From the NCBI GenBank assembly GCA_027604505.1, contig JADIIX010000058.1, positions 62,001-126,000 of the forward strand: a stretch of 64,000 nt of DNA, read 5' to 3'. Every line of letters starts with the position of its first letter. Positions within the stretch are counted from its first letter, which is position 1. The translations under genes and the position numbers were made by a program. Below the pieces are notes generated by a model. That model worked only from the letters and a program-made list of their open reading frames with translations, was not told the origin of the DNA and ran no database searches. Below are positions 53,225 to 64,000 of the stretch, one piece after another. This DNA comes from Gonapodya sp. JEL0774. Lineage: Eukaryota.

Positions 53225-56200
53225 TCAATCTCTCCGCCTTGACGCGATCACTGAAACGGGCCTTTGCGCGCCATTGTGACTTCCTTCTTGGCTTCCCGAT
53301 CCGCCGGCAGTCGAAGACCCCACTACCTTGGCATTGAAAGCCGTCTCCCACTCGAGAACTTGCGCCGAGTCCGCAAACTGTATCAGCAGAGTGACGTGCT
53401 TTTGTGGTTCGATCGGAGCGAGCTTGAGGCAGTACGTGGCGTTGCTGACATCTTCATTGACGCCTTCGCTCTTGGAGAGCTTGGAAAGCTGTGATCCATC
53501 TAAGACGCGGTAGACTTCGCCGGGATACCCGCGCTTCGAGTCCGGCTCGAGAACGAGCAGCTGCATTCCCGGCATGTAGGAGATCTTGCGCTTGGACCAC
53601 CGCTTGAGCATTCCACCCATCGTTGAACGTAGAATTGCACAGTCGGCTCTGTGGACCTGGAACGCAAGGTATGCATGGCTCGCATTTTGGATATTGTGAA
53701 AACTGTCGCGGAGAACTCACATCCGTCGGTTTCGCCCCGCCTGCCGTCTTCTTGAATGTTCCTCCCCCGACTGCCGTTGAGATGGTGGTACCGGGGCTGC
53801 TGCGTTGGAAATCAAACTCGTCACCGCCATTTGGTGAGGCCTTTGATTGATACGCTTTCATTATTCTCGGAGCGTAGAGGGTTGTGATGAGTGCACTGAG
53901 AGTTCAGATGTGCAACATGTCATGATGAGCAGCTGCGATTTTGACAGGAGCAGGAGCGAGAGGCTCACAGAACCATGCTCATCATGAAAGCCGCTCGAAT
54001 CCAGAATTGAAAATCCGTGGAGAGCGAGGCCACACTCATCAGGACCCACACAAGACCAAGGAAAAGGATATTCATAAAACCGATCCCAATCTCTCGAGAT
54101 TCATTGAAGCGATCGTATGCATTCCGACTGAGCCACGCGAGCGTGAGACCGGCCAATAAAAGAGCAACGTTGTATGCGAGGATCGCCCAGAAGAATCCCG
54201 TATTGAGTATTTCGCTCTTGCTGCGACAGATCTGCATGCGCACACCCGAGTCCGTGACCAGCTTGACGAACGAAGGAGGATCAACAATCGTCCAAATAAT
54301 TCCAAGGACGACTTCAGGTACGGTGATTGCGGCCACGATTGCAAAGAGGGCCGAGGTCCGCAGATTGAGCTTCTTGGCGCCTACGCTCTCAAAGACGTTC
54401 CAAATCCTGTACAGCTTTGCGAGACACGGTCCCAGGGTGAGGCCAGAGCCAATGGTGAGAAGGAAGACGGAAGACCGGCATCCCACGACCGAGGCCGCTC
54501 CCATGTAAGTGTACGTGTCCGCTAGGAAAACCACGCAACCAACAAGGACTGTGCAACTCATTTGGAGGTCCATCGCAACAATTGACGGCTGGGCGCGGAG
54601 CCAGTAGAGCATAGCGATGACAGCAATGCAGAGAATTTGCAGGGACGCGTTGACGGCTGTGATTACGCCGCCAACGGTGCTACTGAAGGAAACAGATTCT
54701 GGGGGAGGGAATACCATGGCGTCCATGATTGCGCACGCCTCGTCAGTGGCTGCATCAACGGTGAGGTTGCCCGAGACGACTTGGTTCAGAATCTTTGGGA
54801 TCACCATCTGGTCCCGAATTTTCACGTCTTGATTCATCGAGAAGCAGATATGTCAGGATCGCCGATGTCAAACCGAGTCGAAATGACGTTAACTCACATT
54901 CTCCAAAGCTCTTTGGGTAGGCCTCGGGGTACGCATAAGCGGATTGGCACATCATGCCACTGACGAGAGGAACTGTGCTGTCTTGCAAAGCCTTTGAAGC
55001 CGAGACCCGTGAGTTTCAAATCAGAGTACAGAGTAATCTTCGGCCGCTCACCTGGAGCGAAATAAACGGCGGGCCATTCCCGTTATTGATCCAAGACTGC
55101 ATGTGTGCCTTGGCTGGGTCTGTAAAAATCCGCAGAAAGGCCATTGCAGCGTCCTTGTTGTCCGAACCAGAAGCGATGGCGAGTGCCGAGCCGCCGCTGT
55201 AGGAGGCGCGCAAACGAGGCCCACGTAGTGGTTTCATCATGGCCACGTGGATCTTGTCCGACGTGAAGTTGACACGAGAGAGGTCCGTGTTGCAGGGATA
55301 AGTTTTGACGGAGGGTGACGAAAACACCTTGTCCCACTGGCGAACCAAAAGGCAAGACATATGGATCACAATTCAAGTCATCGCAAAAAGTGTCCAGAAA
55401 CTCACAGGGCCATCGAACCAGTGTATGATTTCACCGTTGGCCATCCGGGAAATATAATCCCCGAACGTGCTGCTCGTTAAATTAGGAGAAATTCTTCGAG
55501 TTTCATTGGTGGCGAGGTCTGAGAGATAAACCAGAGTAGCTACTACATCTCCCTGCACCCTCCGGCAAACGATCGCGAGACGTACCAGTCCAAAACTTCA
55601 CGGCGCTTCGGAACTGCAGAGAGTTCATCGCGCATTCGATCTTAGAGGTCGCAACAGACGCTCCAAAGCTGATGAAGAAAGCTGAGTGGCGGGACGGGTT
55701 GTCAATTGTGAACATCCCATGGTTGTGATGTCGGAAGCAGCTCACGCGCAAACACCTGGATCGCATTCCGGTCATTCTTATTGTTGGGAGCGAGGAATCC
55801 CCAGTACGTGGCGTTATCATTTGCCTTGGCCATTGCTTGAATCGCCAGCGAGTTTACAACCATTTCTTCCCAGGTTTGAGGTGGCGTTGTGGTGTTGAGG
55901 TATTTCTTGTAAAGGTCAACACCTGATCAAGTGTTTATATCAGCATTCAGAAGGTGGGAAGGACGATTGTCAAATCGAGATATGCCCACGATACATGAAT
56001 GGCCGCAGGTCAAGACTTATCGGCAAAGCCCACCAATCGTTGTTGATAAAATACATGAACCTGTGAATACGAAATGGTCAGGCGAGGATCACCAAACAAC
56101 TCCAACGCCAGACTGCTCACGTTGACGCGCGGGCAATATCCTTTGTAATGTCCCCGTCGGGCCTGAAGTTTGCCCAGTCGTCAAGATAGGATGTCAGAGG

Positions 56201-56568
56201 AATGACTGCTTTCGCTTGAACAAGATTGTCCACGACCCCGCCGACAGTGATAACGTCCTTTCCACAAACAGAATTTTAATTCAGCCTCAACGAGGGCTTG
56301 CACGTCACCTTGCACTCACTGGCATCCTTCCACCCCTGTTGGGATCCCCGCTGACAGCCCACACCTGCAGATCTGCGAAGCTCCCATATACGAAATCCAC
56401 ACCCCACTTGCCAGCATACGTCTCGTTGAACTCCTTGGCAGCCGTGAGGAAAGGAGCACTCGGATTGGCGTTGAAGGGCTGATACACGAGGATAGTCTCG
56501 ACGGCGGCCACCCCATCTGGGGCGAGAAGGCCAGCTGCGAAGGCTGCCACGAGGAGCGCGCGCAACAT
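53225..56568 (-). CDS. Class C (GABA-B-like) GPCR with N-terminal sugar-ABC-type solute-binding domain and C-terminal PH-like domain
   Basis: Signal peptide MLRALLVAAFAAGLLA. SBP family-1 motifs WWALPISLDLRPFMY, PPQTWEE and GGSALAIASGSDNKDAAMAFLRIFT. 7tm_3 motifs CLAKLYRIWNVF, WTIVDP, FNESREIG and TM7 LYAPR. A spliced tail carries the PH-like KRWSKRKISY...IQFADSAQVLEWETAF. Confidence 0.85.
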
Positions 56569-57934
56569 CGGAGCTTTGGAATTCAGCACGATGAAGGAAG
56601 GGGAATTTGTTGATGAGGATTTGTGGTTGAGGTAGCCTCGCACCTGACTGTGGCTGTGCATAAACATCACCGGGAAATGACCCCCATGGGCACCCACACC
56701 ACACCGGGTGACCAGGTGAGCTGGACTCAGAGGCAGATGCCCTTCTCAAATGGGGTGCATTCGTCAGGGTGGGTGGTGCACCTTAGCCAGATTACCTGCA
56801 ATGGCCATTTCCATCTCGTCATGTTCAGGCTCACTCTCATTGCTACTTTGCTCGACACTGTCTGTGTCGTCAGATAATTGACTCTCTTGAAACACTGCTT
56901 CTAGCTCTCCTTCTTCCGGAATTTCCTGTGTTTGAGTGCACACCTCATTCCAACCCACAAGCCAAAAACCCTGGCTTTCACCCATGACAATTGGATCTCC
57001 CAAGATCTCAGCTGACAATGGGTTCAGCCTCCAAGTTCCATTTCGCTGTCAACTTGCTGTGATCTTTACAGCCTTTCACTATTTTTTCACTTCCAACAGT
57101 ATTACAGCGATGCATTGTACAACCACAGAACAATGTAAAACTATGCTTAGGCCCCCTATTGTGAGATCCGTTTGGACTTTGCTTCAATTTTCTCCGTTCC
57201 TTGGTGACCTCTCGTTCCCTCCTATTCGTGCCGGGAAAGGTGAAAAGGGAATGAGGAAAGGAACGGGGAGGAAAGGAGGTCAGAAGAGTGGGAGTGGGTA
57301 AGACTGCAGTCGCAGCTCAAAAGAATGGGCAGCGAGACAACACTGCGAAGAACGAAATCACGAACAATTCACTCTTTCGCCCAGAAGTATATGGCAAAAA
57401 AGCTCAGAAATGAAGAGCTTGCCTATGCATACTGTCAGGTTCTTATTCGTCAATTTTCAAAGCCACTATCGACAGCGAATCACATCACATCACTACACTA
57501 ATGTCATGATTAGACTTTGTAGATATGTATGGATATAGACGTATTGAATTTGTTGAGAAGCCTCTCTATCTTTGTGACGTCTGTTTTGATTCCTGTTATG
57601 CTGCTCCCCTCATTTGCATAGTGAATGAAGAAGTGTTCAAAGAACGGTCTGAACTAATCAAACTAAGCAAGGACTCATTATCTAAAGAAGCAGTGTGAGT
57701 AGCTTTGAGCATTTGTTCCCTTTCAAACCGCAATTTCGCAGCTCATGAGAATGCGGGAACAGAGTTTTGCCGAGCGAGCTCATCCTTGCACTCACAACTC
57801 ACTCACCACCCTGCTCCATTGCCCTCCGTCGCTCGCTCCCCACCCCTCACACCTCACCTTCCTCCTATTATCTCCCCCTCTGTCTCCCACCTTCTTACCG
57901 CTCCTCCTCCCGTCCCACACCCAACCCCAACAAA

Positions 57935-60900
57935 ATGGCACTCGACCTGGTTAAGGCAGTACAGAACTACGTCAATAAAATCGTATCAGATGTTCAGGGG
58001 ATGAAGGTTCTTCTTTTGGATGCTGAGACGGTGCGTTGCCGTGTCGAGACGTGGGACAACATTACCCACAGCTCGGAACACGCTATGGGAACCAGGAGAA
58101 TGGGTGCGACAGCCATCCGCGCGCTTGTCTTGAAATGACACTGGGAGCCTTGTCCGATGTCACACTGTGAGACTCTTGAAGGCAAATGAAATTGATGGCA
58201 CTGGATGGGAAGTTAATCGGGACGCGGGCATATTCACTCACCTTGAACTCTCTTCTCCGGCCTTCACCGTCTGACCAAACGCACTACACTCTGTGTGGGT
58301 GGCTGCACCAAGAGTTTGGCTTCTGCTTCTTCTGAACTCTGGTTCAATCAGGAGTGGAACCAATTGAACGTGGACCAACGTTTCAACAAGGAGGATTACG
58401 GGAACTCCTGGACACGGGAATGATTCGTGACTACGAAATGCCCGACCAAAGAGTGCACATACATGGCACATAACGATGTAAACATCAAATTCTCCTCTAT
58501 ACTATATCACCCCTCTTTCTCCCCAGACCCCTATTCTCTCCCTCGTCCTCACCCAATCTCACCTTCTCACCCGCTCCGTCTTCCTCATCGACCGCATTGA
58601 GTCCTCCTACAAACCCACCCGCGACTCCAACATGAAACACTTGAAGTGCGTCGTATTCGCCCGACCAACCGCCGAAGCGGTCCAGGGGATCGTCGATGAG
58701 TTGAGGGAACCGTGTTATTCGGAGTATTACTTGTGTGGGTGTGCGGAGATGCGGCGGGGACTTGGGGACGTGGGGATGTACCAGGGCGCGCGGTCACAAG
58801 TGTTCCAGAAGGGGATTGCACACGTCTATGAATCTAGACGTTCTCAGGAATGTTATCTGCCGTTTTGGATGCTAGGGGTACAGGATACCTCATGTGTGAC
58901 CGCTCATGGTAACTGCAGCAGACCAATGACCTGTGGTGAGGAGGAGGACAGAGGGAGAGAGGAGCGCTAGAACGAACGGCACACTCGGGCATGCACTGCA
59001 GTACACACACTCGAAGTTTGCATCTTGGACAGTGCGGTTTGGTGGATGACATCACTTCATGGGAAACTTCGAACATCCAAACTGATTCCCTTTACACACC
59101 ACCCTCCGTGGCCCGCCTCCTTCCACGTGCAGATTTTTCCAATACCCTCCCCAAATCCTCCCTTGAGCGCCTCGCCGAATCCGACCACCAATCCCTCGTC
59201 CGCGAGGTCCACGAACACTTTGCCGACTACTACGCCGTCAACAGCGACCTCTTCCACCTTAACGTGTCTCTCTCCTCACCACAGCCCATGGCAGTGTGGG
59301 GAGACTCCCCGGTGGCGGGGGGCAATTGGAACAGTACGGCTTTGCAGAGAGCGGCGCAGGGTGTGTGTGCGGTGCTCTTGAGCTTGAAGAAGAGACCCGT
59401 GGTGAGGTATGAGAGGGATAGTGGAGTGGGAAAGAAGTTGGCGCAGGAGGTGGGGGTGAGTAGAAAAGGAGGAGTGGTTGCGCAGACATGCAAACGTGGA
59501 CAAGGAGAGGAGACGGTGAACCCTGAACACCAGACTGGAGCTCTGGGTTACTGCTGCTGCACCACTCCCGGGCGGGCCCCCCCCCCCCCCCCACCCCAGA
59601 AGCAGAGAAATTAGTTGAATTGAAAAAATTGTTATAAAACAGACAATCAAGAAGAAACAGTNNNNNNNNNNGGTTTATGTGGGTGCCCCCCCCCGGGGGG
59701 CCCCCCCCCCCCCCCCCCCCCCAATTTCAAGCATTTTTTTTGTATTCTCACTCGTTCACCACCCATCCACTTCCCTCTCTTCAGTATCTCATCTCCCAAG
59801 ACCCTTCGCTCTTCGACTTCCGAGCAACCCCTGTGCCCCCACTCCTGCTCATCCTCGACCGCCGATCCGACCCCGTAACACCGCTGCTCAACCAGTGGAC
59901 GTATCAAGCTATGGTGCACGAGTTGTTGGGGATTGTCAACGGGAGGGTGGATTTGTCGGGGGTGGCGGGCGGAGCGGAAATGAAGGTGGGTTGATTGTTC
60001 GGGGGCAGAGGGAGGTGGGGCGGGGGTCATTGAGCCGCGTGGATCAGAGACAGAGTAGGGAGCTGGTGGGAAGGGGGAACGGCTGTGGCTGGGGAGCATG
60101 TGTGTGCTCATCTGGTCAATCCTACTCCCCGCATCCTCTTAACAGGAAGCCGTCCTCTCCGCCGACCAAGACCCTTTCTACAAACGTAACATGTATTTGG
60201 ACCTGGGCGAACTCGGTGCCAATATCAAAACCTACGTGGACGAGTACCAAACCAAACATAAATCCTCCGTCGCCATCGAGTCCATCGCCGATATGAAGAG
60301 GTTTGTGGAGGAGTATCCCGAGTTTCGAAAGCTGGCCGGCAATGTTACCAAGCATGTGACCATTGTTGGAGAGCTCTCGAGGATGGTGGAGAGGGGAAAG
60401 CTGTTGGAGGTGGGAGAGTTGGAACAAAATTTGGCGGCTACGGAGAATCATGCGGGGGATTTGAGGGTGAGAGAAGTCTAAATCGAAGTTATTGATATTC
60501 AGTGTCGCTCATCATCCGAACCGAAATGATCGTAACGAAGACCCTGCAACAACTGATTGAGAATCCCACCATATCCGAAGACAATAAAGTTCGCTTGGTG
60601 ATTTTGTACGCTTTGCGATACGAAAAGTCCGCCGGGAATGCAACGCAGGCGCTGTTGGAGCAACTAGCGAGGAACAAAGTGCCCGAAAAAAAAATTGCGG
60701 TGCGTTCAAAGTGGTGAAATGAGTGGAAGAGCGTGGGAACACGATAGAGATGATCCGAACCTGTCTGTTCTCCATCGTCTGCCAGCTCGTCAACGCCATG
60801 CTTACCTTCGCCGGTGCTGACTCCCGCCAATCCGATATCTTCCACAACGATTCTCTTCTTGCAAAGTCGCGTACGCTTTTCAAAGGACTCAAGGGGGTCG

Positions 60901-61431
60901 ACAATGTTTACACCCAGCACCAACCACATGTAGTGGGAGTAGTGGACGAGCTCGTGAAGGGCAGACTGAGGGAGCAATTGTATCCTTTCCTGGAGGGCGG
61001 GATGCGAGAGAAGTGGGTGACGAGTGATATTGTTTTGAGGCGTGATAACCACATAATGACGGCTGTCCTACGATGGCTATTTGGTACCAACAGACCGCAA
61101 GATATCATCATTTTTATGGTCGGTGGCGTGACGTATGCGGAGGCACGCGCCATTACCCAGCTCAATGCGTCCACTCCGGGCGTACGAATCGTATTGGGAG
61201 GGACGTACATCCACAACAGCCGGAGGTGAGATGTAGCCGGTTTTGACATTAAGGCCTTGGAGCTCGCGTCTCATGCATTCTCTTTTCCTGTATTCCTTTC
61301 TCTAATGTTTAACACTTAGTTTTCTGCGAGAGGTTTCCGAAACAGTCTCGCGATGGGAGGCGTCGGGAAGCTCTTCAGGGAAGCTGGCATCTCCGAAAAT
61401 GCATACCGTGAGAGTGAACAAGCTCTCCTGA
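57935..61431 (+). CDS. VPS45: Sec1/Munc18 family vacuolar protein sorting protein Vps45
   Basis: [31 protein letters not shown]...[69 protein letters not shown] and NVYTQHQP. Confidence 0.97.
59662..59671. other. Assembly gap (10 N) in a VPS45 intron, with poly-C/G flanks
   Basis: An N run with nearby C and G homopolymers. Confidence 0.99.
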
Positions 61432-61653
61432 CGATTGGAAGTCAGCAGTATTTGGAAGCCACAACTATCGTTGGATGACGAGGTGCCCTCGAAATACCCA
61501 GATACGACGCACGGTTTTGTATTTTGCATTTGCAGGGATTATGGTAATACCGTGTATCCTACCACGAGGTGCACCATCTCAATGTGTATGTAATTAATGG
61601 TAATGCGGCGGCAACTCGGCTCATAAGCAGCCGAGCTCCCTGTTCCAGTTTCA

Positions 61654-63925
61654 ATGGATTGGCGTCAATTCGTAGCTAAAACCCGGCACGATCGCCGAGA
61701 TTCGCTGATTCCTAAGGAATGGCTGCTATCGCCATCGGCTCTCGCCTCGGCGGGGGACACTGGCGCAATAAAAATCATTGAAGAAAACTTGGGGAAGAGG
61801 GAGAGGGAACTGACATCCATGACGGGAACGGAGCTGGTACGGTTGTAAGTGTTTGAATCAACTGAAAGTCCGATTTCTGGACATGATCAGACGTTCATGA
61901 TGCATCCAGGATGTCGCAGGGCCATCTCACTTCACTGGAAGTGACCCGTGCCTTCTGCCATCGTGCGGCTCTCGCACAGCAACTCTTGAACTGCGTCACA
62001 GAATTTCTATTCGATCGTGCCTTTGCGCGGGCAGCGGAGATTGACTCTGAGTTCAAGAAGACAGGGAAGGCAGTGGGACCCCTTCACGGCCTCCCAGTGT
62101 CCATCAAAGAAGAAATGAATATGAAGGGAACACTAGTGACGTGGGGCTTCGTCTCTTGGGCACGGGATGGAGAATGCGACAGTGACTCGGCTGTTGTGCA
62201 AATGCTTCATGCATCTGGGGCGGTAATCTTTTGCAAAACAAATGGTGAGAAATCTGTATTATGCTGAGGGCAATCTATACGTTTCTGTTGAACCTGTCGA
62301 CCCCACAGTTCCGCAATCGCTGATGACGTGGGAATCAAATAACGCTGTTTGGGGTCGCGTTTTGAATCCCCACAATCGCCAACTGGGAGCAGGGGTGAGA
62401 AGGATCCATTTGAATCGAAGGAACTGCCGCTAACAGATAGGGCTTTTGTCGAAAGGGGTCCTCTGGTGGTGAGGGCGCTCTCGTAGCTAGCGGTGGTTCT
62501 CCGCTAGGCATCGGAAGTGATATCGGAGGGAGTGTGAGATTTCCTGCGACTATCAATGGCGCGGTATGTGAATTGCGTGATATTGCGTTATCTTGAGTTT
62601 TTGATGTGGTGATATTCATTCGTGCTGGCGGCTATCCAGTATACTCTGAAACCCTCATCAAAACGATTCGCCTACAATGGCAGTCGGTCATTGGCACAGG
62701 GCACGCCCGACGCCATCATCGCCGTGAATGGACCCATTACTGTTCGTACTTGAAGACTTCACTAACCTGCTGCTCTAAGCAATTCACTGCACTGTGGTTT
62801 CTGTTTAGAGGTCGGTTGACGATGTGGAACTCTACGCAAAAATGATGATTGACGGAGAAGGATGGCGAATTGATGTAAGAGAACCCCTGCACCTTTGACT
62901 TAGGATGTTCACGGACCCTTTCTCGAACGACCGGTGGTAGCCTAATGTATTTCCTTCACGGTGGACACCGGCGGTGCTGCCCAGAACCTTACGCATTGGA
63001 TTCTTTTTCGACGTCGGTACTTGTGCTCCAGTGGGGCCTGTCAGGCGGGCAGTAGAAGAAACGGTGGCGGCACTGAGGAGCGCAGGACACTCATGTATTG
63101 AAATTCAATTGGAGGATGGATTCGATCTCCTCAAAACGGCGGTGCGTATTTGGCTGCTTTGAGAAAAGGGCTCTCTTGGTGTAGTCGATTAACGAGGTCA
63201 AAAAAACAGAGTCAGTTTTTCCAAGCATTTGACGGTGACCTTAATGAGGTTGTTGCAAAGGGTGTGTTATAATTGAGCGCCAAAGGTTCCTGCCGTGAGA
63301 TCATGTGACAACCGACCTTTGTGGAGTAGGGGGAGAGGGCTACATCAAGCCAATGGAGTTTAAACTTCGCCAGTCATCTCGACCACCAGCGACAGTGGCT
63401 CAACTATGGCCCCTTTTCGCTCGACGAGACATGCACCGCGAGCGCTTCCTCGCTTTGTTTGAGAAACTTGGGCTCCATGCTGTAATCTGCCCGACTCTGT
63501 CCATCCCTTCATGCCCCCACGACACAGCTCACGAGCTATTGAGTGCAACAGGGCTTGCAACCATGTTCAATCTTTTGGATCTACCTGCAGGGGTAGTTCC
63601 GGTGACCAAGGTCACACCAAGTGACAGGCCGACGACGCCGTTCAAAGCAAGGCATTCGTCGGAGCAAAAGGTACACGACACTTTCTCTCAGAAATTTGAC
63701 TCCTTCGTTGGCTGTCCTGTGGGCCTGCAGGTGGTGGGTAGACGATGGAAGGAAGAGCACGTCGTTGAGGTGAGTGCTCAGAAGCGGCCAGTGCATAACA
63801 AAGGTGTTGTAAAGTCTTCACGCTGCATAATGCTTGTGCAGGTGATGAGAGTCGTTGATAACGTGGTAAACAAGGTAAATCACCGCCGAAACAAGGATTC
63901 GTTTCTTGTTCACGTGAACTCATGA
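61654..63925 (+). CDS. Amidase signature family enzyme (acetamidase/fatty-acid amide hydrolase-like)
   Basis: [12 protein letters not shown] (catalytic Lys), [37 protein letters not shown] (Ser-cisSer), [13 protein letters not shown] and [11 protein letters not shown]. Confidence 0.93.
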
Positions 63926-64000
63926 CTCTGCGCCTGCAGCATGCGTTGCGCCAACGTTTTAAAATGTAAAATCGTCAACAAATAAATGCTTGAATAGGAA

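Noticed and set aside
56764..57130. Acidic minus-strand ORF as a transposase remnant
   Set aside because: No recognisable DDE/hAT motif, no ATG start and no terminal repeats.

Overview
A gene-dense, intron-rich eukaryotic window. The housekeeping genes are fungal-type, and the gene content (a canonical PARG and a class C GPCR) suggests an early-diverging, chytrid-grade fungus; this placement is inference. About 21 spliced protein-coding genes can be reconstructed. They include an ankyrin/coiled-coil/SH3 protein, an RRM-bearing cellular RNA-dependent RNA polymerase, a SOUL protein, a TFIIIA-like zinc-finger protein, a CmcJ/AsaB-like Fe(II) oxidoreductase, RPT4, a mitochondrial SSB, a VLCFA 3-ketoreductase, VMA11, PDB1 and SEC27. 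The second half holds a peroxisomal acyl-CoA ligase, PARG, IDO, a standalone hydratase-2, a HAL/NPR kinase, a BAR-PH-ArfGAP-ANK protein, VPS45 and an amidase. There is also one dispersed 5S rRNA gene and three assembly gaps. The most striking locus (53225-56568, minus strand) splices into one chain: signal peptide, bacterial-type sugar ABC solute-binding domain, class C (GABA-B-like) 7TM, then a cytoplasmic PH-like domain. Other leads are structured candidate ncRNAs in two unusually long introns, a PARG with a Cys4 motif and two PIP boxes, and a repeating C-rich-to-G-rich switch inside exons. Exon boundaries were read by eye and no database searches were run.
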